DNA of 64,000 nucleotides from Nitrososphaerota archaeon (GTDB lineage Archaea; Thermoproteota; Nitrososphaeria_A; Caldarchaeales; JAVZCJ01): NCBI GenBank assembly GCA_038874475.1, contig JAVZCJ010000002.1, positions 12,964 to 76,963 of the forward strand, read 5' to 3'. Shown piece by piece: positions 46,069 to 58,037 of this stretch (position 1 is its first letter; each line of letters starts with the position of its first letter). The notes under the pieces were generated by a model. It saw only the letters and a program-made list of their open reading frames with translations, ran no database searches and was not told where the DNA came from. The position numbers and the translations under genes were made by a program.

Positions 46069-47574
46069 ATGTCATCTAAAGGAATGTTTTCAGATATACC
46101 TGTTGAAGTAGGGCCACAATTTGAAGGACAAAGAATAAGAAAAGAACAAATGCAAGTTGAGCTTGGAGGACCAAAAATAGATCATAAGTTTGAACTTGTA
46201 AAAGCTAGAAAAATTGAAGAAATTGAGAATGAAGATGTTTTAATAATTGGTCCAGATATAAAAGAACTTGAAGAAGGGAAATCTTATCCATTAGGAATAT
46301 TAATAGAAGTTGCTGGAAAAAAAGTTGAAAAAGATTTAGAAGGTGTTCTTGAAAGAAAAATACATCTTTATACAAATTATATTGAAGGAATTATGCACTT
46401 GAATCAAAGATATGATATATGGATAAGAATAAGCAAAGCATCTTTTAAGAAAGGGTTAACATCATTTACTTATTGGGGTAAGGTTCTTCAAAGGCTTTAT
46501 AAAGCTGAATTACCAATAGTTGAAAAAATAAGAATCACATTTATAACAGACCCAGAAAAAGTTAAAGAAATGTATAATGAAGCTCTTAAAATATATGAAG
46601 AAAGAGATACGAGAGCTAGAGGATTAAAAGATGAAGAAGTTGATATGTTTTATTCTTGTGTTCTTTGTCAATCTTTTGCGCCTACGCATGTATGTATAAT
46701 AACTCCTAATAGATACGCTAATTGTGGAGCAATAAGTTGGTTTGATGCAAGAGCTGCTGCAGAAGTTGATCCAAAAGGACCAATAATTCCAACACCTATA
46801 GGAGAATGCATAGATCCTATTAGAGGAGAATATACAGGTCCTAATGAAATGGTAAGAAAAAGATCTCAAGGAGCAATAGAAAGAGTGCAATTATATACAG
46901 CTTTTGGATATCCACATACTTCATGTGGATGTTTTGAAGCTACAGCATTTTATATACCAGAAGTAGATGGATTAGGAATAGTTCATAGACCTTTTAAAGG
47001 GAAAACAGTTATTGGCCTTCCATTTTCAACAATAGCTGATTCAACATCGGGTGGAAGACAAATAGATGGTTTTCATGGTTTATCAATAGAATATATGAGA
47101 TCTTCAAAGTTTTTACAAGCAAATGGTGGATGGAATAAAATAGTTTGGCTTCCTTCAGACCTTAAGGAAAGAGTTAAAGATGCTATACCAGTAGAGCTAT
47201 ATGATAAAATAGCTACGGAAAAAGATGTATCAAATGTTGAAGAATTGAAGAATTTCTTATTAGAAAAAGGTCATCCATTAGCTAAAAGAATAAAAGAAAT
47301 GGAAGCTGAAGCTGAAAAAGCTATAGTTGAAGAAGTTGCTCCACCTGTAGAAGCGCCTCGACCAATTGAAGTAGCACAGCCTATACAAATTGCTCAACCT
47401 ACTGCATTTCCTACGATGCCTACACAAGTTGTTCAAGTTCCTGGTGTAGGTGGAGTTAAAGTAACTTTTGAAATTCCTACACAGCAACAACAACCACAAA
47501 TAGGAATAAAAATGTCTTTCGAAAATGTAAAAATTAAAGCTGAGAAAATAATATTTAGGAAAAAAGGTGGATAA
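46069..47574 (+). CDS. cdhC: ACDS beta subunit, acetyl-CoA synthase A-cluster protein (CdhC)
   Basis: 501 aa. A-cluster motif YPHTSCGCFEA (Cys-Gly-Cys) and an upstream CVLCQSFAPTHVC cluster. Has a Pro/Gln-rich C-terminal extension. Confidence 0.85.
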   Translation: MSSKGMFSDIPVEVGPQFEGQRIRKEQMQVELGGPKIDHKFELVKARKIEEIENEDVLIIGPDIKELEEGKSYPLGILIEVAGKKVEKDLEGVLERKIHLYTNYIEGIMHLNQRYDIWIRISKASFKKGLTSFTYWGKVLQRLYKAELPIVEKIRITFITDPEKVKEMYNEALKIYEERDTRARGLKDEEVDMFYSCVLCQSFAPTHVCIITPNRYANCGAISWFDARAAAEVDPKGPIIPTPIGECIDPIRGEYTGPNEMVRKRSQGAIERVQLYTAFGYPHTSCGCFEATAFYIPEVDGLGIVHRPFKGKTVIGLPFSTIADSTSGGRQIDGFHGLSIEYMRSSKFLQANGGWNKIVWLPSDLKERVKDAIPVELYDKIATEKDVSNVEELKNFLLEKGHPLAKRIKEMEAEAEKAIVEEVAPPVEAPRPIEVAQPIQIAQPTAFPTMPTQVVQVPGVGGVKVTFEIPTQQQQPQIGIKMSFENVKIKAEKIIFRKKGG

Positions 47575-47693
47575 ATTGAGTGAAAGCAAAGAAGGCACAT
47601 TATCTTTAGAAGAGATTCTTAAATTGCTCGAAAAATATGGTGAAATTGAGCTCAATAATGTGACTATACATATCGATAAGCTTTTGATAAGGA

Positions 47694-48923
47694 GTGAAAA
47701 AGCAAGTGGAAAAGAGCGATAAGAATCCTTATAGAAAAATAGCTGAAAGTTTTATAAAAGCATTTGAAGATAGTGATGAAATAGAATTAGATTCGATAGA
47801 AATTGCAATAGATAAACTTGAACTCCTTTTAAGTAGCATAACAAGGCAAATTATTACTCCAACAATTATGCCTCCTCAAATAGTTAAGCCTATTGAAGTC
47901 CCTAAAGTAAAATTTGAAAAACCAAAAATGGTTTGGCCTGGTAAAATAATTGAAGTTGAAATTGGAGCAACAAGAAGTATGGGTGGAACGAGAGATAAAA
48001 CATATATAATAGGTGGAGAAAAGGCTCCTTCATTCTATTTTTTTGAAAAACCAGAAATAGTTATGCCGCATAAACCAATATTTGCATTAGATATTTTTGA
48101 TATGAAAATTTCTCTTCCTAAAGCCGTAAGAATGTTTTATGGAGAAGATGTTCTTAATGATCCTGCAGAATGGGCTAGAATTGCTATTGAAAAATTTAAT
48201 GCAGATATGATAACGCTTCATTTGGTAAGTACAGATCCAAATGTTAAGAATACATCTCCATCAGAAGCTGCTAAAATTGTTGAGAATGTTTTACAAGCTG
48301 TTAAAGTACCAATATGTGTAGGAGGATCTGGAAATCCTGAGAAAGATGTAGAAGTATTTTCTAAAATTTCAGAAATTGCAGAAGGTGAAAGAATATTAAT
48401 AAATTCATTAAATTTAGATATGGATTTGAAAAAGGTTCTTGAACCAATAAAGAAATACGGGCATGTTGTAATAGATTTCAGTCCAATGGATTTAGACAAA
48501 GCTAGACAATTAAATAGGAAAGTTTATGATTATTTACCAAAAAATATGATAGTAATTGATATGAATTGTGCAGGAATAGGATATGGATTAGAATATGGAT
48601 ATACTGCAACTCAAAGAGCAAGATTAGCTGCATTAAGAGGGGATGAAGAATTACAACATCCATTAGTTGCTGGTGTAAGTAATGCATGGGCTGCTAGAGA
48701 AGCATGGTTAAAAATGGATCCTTTATGGGGACCAAAAGAAATTAGAGGACCAATATGGGAATTATTAACTGGACTTTGTATGCTTTTAGCTGGAGCAGAT
48801 TATTTCATGACTGTTTGCCCAACTACTCCAAGCACTTTAAAAGAATTTGTTGAATATATTTATGGGGAAAAAGTATTCTCAAAAGAGGAATTATACAATT
48901 GGGTAAGTACTAAAATTGGGTGA
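47694..48923 (+). CDS. cdhD: ACDS delta subunit (corrinoid Fe-S protein small subunit, CdhD)
   Basis: 409 aa with a GTG start. TIM-barrel-type corrinoid protein subunit, in the expected position between cdhC and cdhE. Confidence 0.7.
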   Translation: MKKQVEKSDKNPYRKIAESFIKAFEDSDEIELDSIEIAIDKLELLLSSITRQIITPTIMPPQIVKPIEVPKVKFEKPKMVWPGKIIEVEIGATRSMGGTRDKTYIIGGEKAPSFYFFEKPEIVMPHKPIFALDIFDMKISLPKAVRMFYGEDVLNDPAEWARIAIEKFNADMITLHLVSTDPNVKNTSPSEAAKIVENVLQAVKVPICVGGSGNPEKDVEVFSKISEIAEGERILINSLNLDMDLKKVLEPIKKYGHVVIDFSPMDLDKARQLNRKVYDYLPKNMIVIDMNCAGIGYGLEYGYTATQRARLAALRGDEELQHPLVAGVSNAWAAREAWLKMDPLWGPKEIRGPIWELLTGLCMLLAGADYFMTVCPTTPSTLKEFVEYIYGEKVFSKEELYNWVSTKIG

Positions 48924-48929
48924 TAAAGA

Positions 48930-50366
48930 ATGCCATGGAAATCAATAAGTCCAATAGAAATATACAAGCTTCTTCCAAGAACAAATTGCCAAAAATGCGG
49001 TGAAGAAAATTGCATGGCTTTTGCAGCAAAATTAGTAAACATGGAAACAAAGCTTGATAAATGCACCCCACTTCTTGAAGAACCCAAGTATAAAGCAAAT
49101 TATGAAAAAATATGGAGTATTATAAAGCCTGCTGTAAAGGAAGTCATTATTAAGAGAGGCGATATATCTTTAAAAATAGGTGGGGAATATGTTATGTATA
49201 GACATGATTTAACATACATTAATCCTCCTCCAATAGCATTAGATGTAGATGATGAAATGAGTGAGAATGAAATAATAAATAGAGTTAAATTTACTGAGAA
49301 TTTTAGTTATACTTACACAGGTATTAATTTAAAACTTGATATGATAGCAATCAGATCTGTTTCAGAAGATCCTAAAAAATTTATTAAAACAGTAAAAATA
49401 GTAATGGAGAATACTAAACTTCCAATAATGCTTTGTTCTTTAAAGCCAGAAATAATTGAAGCTGGTTTATCATTATTAAAAAATGATAGACCATTAATAT
49501 ATGCTGCAACAAAATCGAATTGGAATGAAATGGCAAAATTATCAAAGGAATATAAATGTCCATTAGCAGTATTTAGCCCAGGAGATATGGATGGACTATT
49601 AACAATTACTAAAAACTTGATAGATAGTGGTGTAGGCGATCTTGTACTTGATCCAGGAACATTTGTTGGAAATGGTTTAAGTACAACAATAAATTCATTA
49701 GTAGCAATTAGATGGAAGGCATGTGAAGAAGAGAATCCATTATATGGATTTCCAACAATGGGAGTACCAATGACTGCTTGGTTTTTAATGGATGGAGATA
49801 AATTGAAAAAAGCTACATGGGAAGCAATAGCAGCTGCAAGTTTAATAGTGAACCATGTATCTTTATTAGTAATGCATAGCATAGAAGGATGGGTATTGCT
49901 TCCAATAACTCTTCTCAGACGTAATATCTATACAGACCCAAGAAAACCAGTATCGGTTAAGCCTGAATTAAAAGTCATAGGTAATCCAAATGAATGGTCT
50001 CCTGTATTTGTTACGAGTAATTTTGTATTAACATATTATCTTGTATCTGGAGATATTGAAAATTCAAAAATTGATAGTTATTTATTAATAGTTGATACAG
50101 AAGGTTATGCTGTAGATGTAGCCACTGCAGCTAATAAATTCATACCAGACAAATTTAAAGAAGTTATAGATGAAAGTGGACTTGAAAAGAAAGTTAAACA
50201 TAGAATTTTAGTCATTCCTAGAAAAGCTGCTAAGATTTCAGGAGATGTAGAAGATGCTATAAAATGGAGAGTTATAGTTGGTCCATCAGATTCTTCAGAA
50301 ATACCTGCATTTGTTAAAAATGAATGGCCAAAAATACTTGAAGAATGGAAAAGTGAAAATAAATAA
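48930..50366 (+). CDS. cdhE: ACDS gamma subunit (corrinoid Fe-S protein large subunit, CdhE)
   Basis: 478 aa. N-terminal [4Fe-4S] motif CQKCGEENCMAFAAKL...DKC (Cx2Cx4Cx16C). Confidence 0.8.
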   Translation: MPWKSISPIEIYKLLPRTNCQKCGEENCMAFAAKLVNMETKLDKCTPLLEEPKYKANYEKIWSIIKPAVKEVIIKRGDISLKIGGEYVMYRHDLTYINPPPIALDVDDEMSENEIINRVKFTENFSYTYTGINLKLDMIAIRSVSEDPKKFIKTVKIVMENTKLPIMLCSLKPEIIEAGLSLLKNDRPLIYAATKSNWNEMAKLSKEYKCPLAVFSPGDMDGLLTITKNLIDSGVGDLVLDPGTFVGNGLSTTINSLVAIRWKACEEENPLYGFPTMGVPMTAWFLMDGDKLKKATWEAIAAASLIVNHVSLLVMHSIEGWVLLPITLLRRNIYTDPRKPVSVKPELKVIGNPNEWSPVFVTSNFVLTYYLVSGDIENSKIDSYLLIVDTEGYAVDVATAANKFIPDKFKEVIDESGLEKKVKHRILVIPRKAAKISGDVEDAIKWRVIVGPSDSSEIPAFVKNEWPKILEEWKSENK

Positions 50367-50389
50367 ATTTTTTATTTAGTACAATCTAT

Positions 50390-52189
50390 TTATTTTTTCT
50401 TTTTCCACCATTTACTCGGGAAAAGGTCTTCTTTTCCAGGAAAACTAAAAGCTGCAGTATATTCTTCAATAAAATCTATATCTTTCATTAAATCTATATA
50501 GGATAGTAATTTTGCAATTCTTTCAGCTTCTTTTCTATACTCTATGGACATAAGAGCTAAATATGCACCTCCAATAGACCCATTTCCAAGATATTCTATT
50601 TGTGCGTTTGGGAATTCAGGTATTAATCCTATAGCCATAGCATTATTTAAATTTATATAATTTCCAAATGCTCCACATACATATACTTTATTTATATCAT
50701 TTACTGTTAATCTCATTTTCTTAAGTATAATACTTATAGCTGCACAAGCAGCTGCTTTTCCATCAAGTAAATTTGCTATATCTTTTTCTGAAATTACTAT
50801 ATCTTTTCCTATTGATGTTTCTTCAGAAAGTGCAACAATATATTCATAACCTCTTTCTCCATATCTAATATATGGAGTTTCAATTGAAGAATTTATTTTC
50901 CCTACACTATCCATAATACCATTTCTAAACATTTCAGCTAAAAGGTCTATAAATCCTGAGCCGCATATTCCTTTAGGTTTAGTATTTCCAATAGTTGTAT
51001 ATTCTGCTTTAAAATTTTTAGGATTTATTTTAATACTATCTATTGCACCTTCAATAGCTCTTATTCCAAAACTAACTCCCCATCCTTCAAAAGCTGGACC
51101 TGCAGCAGCAGTTGTAGAAATAAACCAATCCTTACAACCAAGTACAACTTCAACATTTGTTCCAATATCTATTAATAAAGCAGGTTCTTCAAACTTAAAC
51201 ATTCCAGAAGTAAGAATATCTCCTATAACATCTCCTCCTATAAACCTACTTGAGCAAGGTAAACAATATACTTCTGATAAATTATTTATTTTTAAACCAA
51301 TAATTGAAGAATCTAAAATTATAGGGTCTTTTAAAATTTTTGAACCAGGCTCTAAAAGTGGGAAAGCATCAATACCTGCAAATAAATAAGTCATGACAGT
51401 ATTCCCTGCAACACAAACATCATATATATCGTTTATTGAAAAATTGGTATTTTTTAAGAGTTTAAATATCAAATCATTAATCGTATCAATAACTGCTTTT
51501 TGCATTTCATATTTTTTTTCATCTTTTTTGTATGTATATCCAATTCTTGAAACAACATCTTCACCATATACTAGTTGTTTATTAAAATCTGAGGCTCTAT
51601 TAATAATATTTCCAGTTCTCATATCAACAAGATAGGTAACAACTTTTGTTGTTCCTATATCTATAGCTAAACCAAGAAATTTATTAGAGGTATCTCCACT
51701 TTCAATATTTACAACCCCTTTTTTCTTACCATAATCTCTAATAGTAAGCGTAACACCTTCAGAATATAATGAAGTCACTTCCTTACTTAAATTAGCTAAT
51801 TGTAAAGCATAGTCTATTTTTTCTAAAGGAAAGTACTTTTTCTTTATAGATGTGATTAGAGTAATTTTAGGTATTTTTGCTTCAAGTTGCAATTTTTGTC
51901 CTTCTATTCTTGATTCGATTGGTACAAAAATTTCACAATCTTCAAGTGGGTAAGATAAGCATGCTAATACATATCCTTTTAAAGCTTCATCTTCTGTTAA
52001 AAATTCTTCTCCTATAGATCTAAAATCGACATTCCCTTTTTTAACAATAACTTTACATTTACCACATGTACCTTTTCCACCACATACACTTCTTATTCCT
52101 ATGCCTGCAATTCTAGCTGCTTCTAATAAATTAATATTTTTTTCAATATTTATTTTTTTACCGTAAGGTTGAAAAACAATATCGGTCAT
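50390..52189 (-). CDS. RACo-like reductive activator of corrinoid proteins (2Fe-2S ferredoxin domain + ASKHA ATPase domain)
   Basis: 599 aa. N-terminal plant-type ferredoxin motif SVCGGKGTCGKCKV, followed by a large ASKHA/acetate-kinase-like fold region. Convergent with cdhE. Confidence 0.65.
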   Translation of the reverse strand: MTDIVFQPYGKKINIEKNINLLEAARIAGIGIRSVCGGKGTCGKCKVIVKKGNVDFRSIGEEFLTEDEALKGYVLACLSYPLEDCEIFVPIESRIEGQKLQLEAKIPKITLITSIKKKYFPLEKIDYALQLANLSKEVTSLYSEGVTLTIRDYGKKKGVVNIESGDTSNKFLGLAIDIGTTKVVTYLVDMRTGNIINRASDFNKQLVYGEDVVSRIGYTYKKDEKKYEMQKAVIDTINDLIFKLLKNTNFSINDIYDVCVAGNTVMTYLFAGIDAFPLLEPGSKILKDPIILDSSIIGLKINNLSEVYCLPCSSRFIGGDVIGDILTSGMFKFEEPALLIDIGTNVEVVLGCKDWFISTTAAAGPAFEGWGVSFGIRAIEGAIDSIKINPKNFKAEYTTIGNTKPKGICGSGFIDLLAEMFRNGIMDSVGKINSSIETPYIRYGERGYEYIVALSEETSIGKDIVISEKDIANLLDGKAAACAAISIILKKMRLTVNDINKVYVCGAFGNYINLNNAMAIGLIPEFPNAQIEYLGNGSIGGAYLALMSIEYRKEAERIAKLLSYIDLMKDIDFIEEYTAAFSFPGKEDLFPSKWWKKKK

Positions 52190-52492
52190 ATACTTAACAT
52201 TTACCTCATTTAATTCATTTAAAAAATGAAGAAATACTTCTCTATAAATTTTTAAAATTTAAAATCTAATCATCCAAAGAATATAAGGAAAATCTATATT
52301 TATGGAAAATGATCATTAAAAATTTTTTAGAAATTTGAATTTAAAATGAATGAAACCTAAAAACATTATGTTTTAAGATGTTACAAATTATCTTTTAAGA
52401 TTATTCTATAAAAAGATTAAAAAATAAAAATTCGAACATAATATTTAAATAGTAGGAAAATTTTCCTACATATATACTGCGAGGGCAGAATA

Positions 52493-53056
52493 TTGATAGA
52501 TAAAAGGAAAATCGAAAAAATTAATTCAATAACAAAATATTATTCTACTATAGGCTTATTAACAGCTCTTGCAGTAATAACTAATTATTCATTAGTATGG
52601 GCTCCAAATATAAAAATTATGGATTTAATAGTTTTTATAAGCGGTTACTTTTATGGAATATTAGCTGGCATGATTGTTGGAATATTAAGTTGGATGGTTT
52701 ATGGTTCTTTAAATCCATATGGTTTTGTACCTCAAATTTGGTTTGCAACAATGTTTTGTGAAACATTTTATGGTATTATTGGGGGGGTTCTTAAAAATAA
52801 AGATAATATATTTATTGAAGATTCTCATAGATTTAGAAAAAGCATATTTTTAGGTTTTATAGGATTTTTAATAACTTTAATATATGATATATTAACAAAT
52901 CTTGCTTATGCATATAGTTTTAATTTACCTTTCTTTTATGTAATGATTTTTGGATTACCTTTTACGATTACACATGAAATTAGCAATTTTATTCTTTTCA
53001 TGATAAGTCTATTTCCAATCATTAAAATTATTAAAAAATTAGGAGGTGAGAAATGA
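52493..53056 (+). CDS. Polytopic membrane protein, ECF-transporter S-component-like
   Basis: 187 aa, about 5-6 TM helices, small size, and overlaps the next gene by 4 nt. Confidence 0.35.
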   Translation: MIDKRKIEKINSITKYYSTIGLLTALAVITNYSLVWAPNIKIMDLIVFISGYFYGILAGMIVGILSWMVYGSLNPYGFVPQIWFATMFCETFYGIIGGVLKNKDNIFIEDSHRFRKSIFLGFIGFLITLIYDILTNLAYAYSFNLPFFYVMIFGLPFTITHEISNFILFMISLFPIIKIIKKLGGEK

Positions 53057-53511
53057 TGTCTTTCTTTAAAAATAAATGGGCAATAGCTACAATTGTATTA
53101 GCACTATCTACAATAATTGCATCGTCATTATCTATATATTACTACTATCAGTATTCTGAATTGCTTAAAAAAATTCAAGGAACTACGATACATGTTAACT
53201 TAGGAATAAATGATGGAAAAACCACTAAATGGTTCAATGGAACAGCTATAAAATCTGGTTCATCTTTATTAGACCTTACAATGCTTGTTGCTAATGTTAA
53301 TTATACGATTTATCCTGGCATGGGAGCCTTTGTTAATTCTATTAATGGAGTAGAAAATTCGCATCCTTATTATTGGATGTGGTGGATGTGGACTTCTTAT
53401 GGATGGATGGAAGGACCTATAGCAGCTGATAGATATATAGTTGGAGATGGTGAAACATTATTTTGGTATTATGAAGATACTTCAATTTCACCATTGCCTA
53501 CGCCACCATGA
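53053..53511 (+). CDS. N-terminally anchored extracellular DUF4430-like protein
   Basis: 152 aa. N-terminal TM. The W...VNG......G......L.DGD.I.W.Y pattern (SINGVENSHPYYWMWW...YIVGDGETLFWYY) is typical of DUF4430 / transcobalamin-like small domains. Confidence 0.4.
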   Translation: MMSFFKNKWAIATIVLALSTIIASSLSIYYYYQYSELLKKIQGTTIHVNLGINDGKTTKWFNGTAIKSGSSLLDLTMLVANVNYTIYPGMGAFVNSINGVENSHPYYWMWWMWTSYGWMEGPIAADRYIVGDGETLFWYYEDTSISPLPTPP

Positions 53512-53549
53512 AAAATCCCCCTATTCTCTTAAAAAAAGCAATTAATAAA

Positions 53550-54311
53550 TCAATAGCCCGCTTTCTTAAGTATATTTTTTATTGAAACATATGCCGGAGA
53601 TGTAGAAGGTAAATCAAGTAATGACTTACCTAATAAAACATATTCTTCAACATTTTTATCATAAAAAATTCTTCCTAAAAATTTTTGTTGCGTTTTTAAT
53701 TCAACTTCATTTTCTAATTCTTCAGGAAATCTAAATCCTCCAATAACATAAAAATTTTCAAAATTTATCTTTACTTCCTTTATAATCCTATAAGTTCTTT
53801 TTACATGATCATATGATTTTTTGGAAGGGTCTATAACATCAAATATATCATTTACTTCTGATACTATTTTCCTATTAAGATGTTCTACTCCAGCAGGAGA
53901 ATCTATAATAACATATGCATAATTTTTTGCTAATTTTTCTGAAGCTTCTTTTAATGCTGCATCAGGTAAACAATAGCATCCTTCAACCCATTTTGTTCCA
54001 AGAGAAATAAGATCAAAAAATTTACTTTCATAAATACCTTCTTCCCATATTTTACTTTCAATCCTTTCTGAAGGAGAAACTCCAAACAATGTGCCTCCTC
54101 CTTCAATAAAAGTTTCAATTAATAGATCTGATATGGTTTTTATACCTTCCTTTTCTAAATCTACTCCTACAAGTTCTCCTAAATTTTGATCCGGATCTGC
54201 ATCCACAAGGAAAAATGGAGTATAATTTTTTTCAATAAAATATTTTGCCATAAGTGCAACAAAACTTGTTTTTCCACTACCACCTCTTCCAGTTACAATG
54301 ATTTTCCTCAT
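53550..54311 (-). CDS. cooC: CooC/AcsF-family nickel-insertion ATPase for CODH/ACS
   Basis: 253 aa. P-loop VTGRGGSGKTS (deviant, Arg in place of the usual Lys). DADPDQNL motif. CxC motif EGCYCLPDA. Confidence 0.6.
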   Translation of the reverse strand: MRKIIVTGRGGSGKTSFVALMAKYFIEKNYTPFFLVDADPDQNLGELVGVDLEKEGIKTISDLLIETFIEGGGTLFGVSPSERIESKIWEEGIYESKFFDLISLGTKWVEGCYCLPDAALKEASEKLAKNYAYVIIDSPAGVEHLNRKIVSEVNDIFDVIDPSKKSYDHVKRTYRIIKEVKINFENFYVIGGFRFPEELENEVELKTQQKFLGRIFYDKNVEEYVLLGKSLLDLPSTSPAYVSIKNILKKAGY

Positions 54312-54402
54312 GATGATATATCGACTTAAATCAACTTATATTTAAGTTTAATTAAGAAAATATAAGATTAATAAGGAAGTATTTTTACATGCTAAAGTAG
54401 TT

Positions 54403-54600
54403 ATGTGTTTACTTAAAGTTTATTTAGAAGAAGATGGAGAAAAGAAGTTTATAGCTAAAGATATTGCTTTAGTAATTAAAGAAGAAGATATGATTAAATT
54501 ATATAAAATTGAAACAGAAAATGTAATTAATTTAGAAAATATTGATATATTTTCAATAGATACTATTAATTCTATTATGATTATTAAATCTAAAAAATAA
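54403..54600 (+). CDS. cooT: CooT-like small nickel-binding protein
   Basis: 65 aa. Begins MCLLKVYLEEDGEKKF, i.e. Met-Cys2 plus KV.L..DG, as in CooT of cooFSCTJ-type operons. Lies between cooC and the GltD-like gene. Confidence 0.45.
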   Translation: MCLLKVYLEEDGEKKFIAKDIALVIKEEDMIKLYKIETENVINLENIDIFSIDTINSIMIIKSKK

Positions 54601-54708
54601 AGAATAAAAAATTAAAAGCATTACTTCCTTTATAATAATTATTTTAAATAAGTTTTTGTTCTTTTATGTAAAGAAAAAAGGGCAATAGCAAAAAGTGAGA
54701 CCTTATAA

Positions 54709-56136
<1,428 letters not shown>

Positions 56137-57129
56137 CTATTTCTCTTCTCTTCTTGTAAATGAAATATATGAAATAATGATGAAAAATATTGTAAAAGCA
56201 ATCATAATAAATATATTTATTGCAGATCTTGATAAAGCCTCTAATATTGATATTTCTCTTGCTTGTTGAGGTTGCCCTGGTAGGCCAGTAGTAACTGAAT
56301 AGAATAGCATACTGGCTGCTGTTGAAAAATGAGAATTTATAGACCAAGCATTTATACTTGATGAAATTTCATTAAGTTTTCTTGCATAATTCATAAATTC
56401 TTCAGAAATTTGTATTTGTCCAGGAGTAGTTGCATTAGAAACAGGTTGTCCAACAGGTAATGTTGGAGGAGGACCAAGAATAAGAAAAGCTATTAAACTT
56501 GCAATTATTGGTAAAACTATTGTAAAGAAAGCCCATACAGAAACGCCCATAATAGTACTTCTAGAAGATTTATTAGAAATGGATGAGAAGAAAAGCGATA
56601 ATGAATAATAGCACATAGTAAATAATATTGAAAGTAATGCAAATAGGATTAATCTTGTTAAATCTTCAAGAACTGGAGCTGCACCCCATATAACTATAGC
56701 TGAAACTGTTCCAATAATTGTTGTTATAATCATTGCAATAGATATAGCTATAAAACCACCTAAAATTTTTCCATTTATTATATTTTCACGATAAATTGGT
56801 CTACTTAATAAAAGTTTTAGAGAACCTCTTTCCCTCTCGCCTGATAAAGCATCGTATGCTAAAGCTATTCCAAGAAGTGGTGCCATGAATGAAATATTTG
56901 ATACTAATCCACTAGATAATTGTCTAAATAATCTTATTCTAAATCCATATTGAGCGATTACTGTTGTTGAAAAAGCATTTAAAGCAAGATAAAAAAGTAT
57001 AAGCAAAGCAAGCATTATAATGAATTTCTTACTTGTTAAATGATCACGTAATTCTTTCTTAGAAATAATTAATGTTGGATTACTCATTTTTAAATACCTC
57101 CATGTATTTCCATAAATATTTCTTCCCAA
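56137..57129 (-). CDS. ABC-2 type transporter permease
   Basis: 330 aa, 6 TM, with an ABC-2-like layout. Overlaps the upstream ATPase gene. Confidence 0.6.
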   Translation of the reverse strand: MGRNIYGNTWRYLKMSNPTLIISKKELRDHLTSKKFIIMLALLILFYLALNAFSTTVIAQYGFRIRLFRQLSSGLVSNISFMAPLLGIALAYDALSGERERGSLKLLLSRPIYRENIINGKILGGFIAISIAMIITTIIGTVSAIVIWGAAPVLEDLTRLILFALLSILFTMCYYSLSLFFSSISNKSSRSTIMGVSVWAFFTIVLPIIASLIAFLILGPPPTLPVGQPVSNATTPGQIQISEEFMNYARKLNEISSSINAWSINSHFSTAASMLFYSVTTGLPGQPQQAREISILEALSRSAINIFIMIAFTIFFIIISYISFTRREEK

Positions 57130-58031
57130 CTAATTGGGCGTTCATTAAAATATTCAAAAAATATTTCTTTCTCTCTTAAGAATTGAAGTATTTTATCACG
57201 CTTATCAAAACTTATATTAACAATTATTTTATTATCTTCAATATGCGCTTTTTTAACTCCTTCTATGCTCTTAATTTTTTCCATTAAATCTATTATATTT
57301 CCTTTTATTGAAATTTCATAAGTTACTCCTACTTTATCTATTACTTTTTGAGTCATTTCTTTTAAACCTCCATAATCAAGCAATCTTCCTCTCTTTAAAA
57401 TAATTGCATAATCACAAATCATTCCAACTTCATGTAAAAGATGAGTGCTTATCATTGTTGTAATTCCTTCTTTACTTAAAGAAATTATAAGGTCTCTAAA
57501 CCCTTTTGCTCCATATGGGTCTATACCTACAGTAGGTTCATCAAGTATTAAAAGTTCTGGGTTTTTTAATAATGCTTGAGCTATTCCAAGTCTTTGCTTC
57601 ATTCCTCTTGAAAATGCAGCTACTTTTTTATTCATTTCATTTGATAAACCAACTTTCTCAAGATTTTCTTTAGCTTTTAAAGTAGCATCTTTTAATGATA
57701 ATCCATCTAATTGACCTAAATATATTAAATTTTCAAGAGCAGACATATCATCGTAAAAACCAAAACCTTCTGGAAGCAAACCAACTTTTTTTCTAATATT
57801 TATAGATTCTTTTATTATATCATATCCTAAAACTTTTCCACTTCCAGATGTTGGTAATGTTAAACCTACAAGTAAAGATATTAAAGTTGTTTTTCCAGCT
57901 CCATTATGACCAAGAAGACCACATATGCTTCCCTTAGGAACTTTTAAGCTAACATTATCTAAAGCTTTTACTGCTTCTTTCCCTTTACCATATATTTTTG
58001 TTAAATTTTCAGTTTCAATAACATATCCCAT
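57090..58031 (-). CDS. ABC transporter ATP-binding protein (ABC-2 subfamily)
   Basis: 313 aa. Walker A GHNGAGKTT, signature FSRGMKQRLGIA, Walker B LILDEPTVGID. Confidence 0.85.
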   Translation of the reverse strand: MGYVIETENLTKIYGKGKEAVKALDNVSLKVPKGSICGLLGHNGAGKTTLISLLVGLTLPTSGSGKVLGYDIIKESINIRKKVGLLPEGFGFYDDMSALENLIYLGQLDGLSLKDATLKAKENLEKVGLSNEMNKKVAAFSRGMKQRLGIAQALLKNPELLILDEPTVGIDPYGAKGFRDLIISLSKEGITTMISTHLLHEVGMICDYAIILKRGRLLDYGGLKEMTQKVIDKVGVTYEISIKGNIIDLMEKIKSIEGVKKAHIEDNKIIVNISFDKRDKILQFLREKEIFFEYFNERPISWEEIFMEIHGGI

Positions 58032-58037
58032 TTAAAT

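Noticed and set aside
49313-49882. Minus-strand 189-aa ORF inside cdhE
   Set aside because: Antisense to the corrinoid Fe-S protein large-subunit gene.
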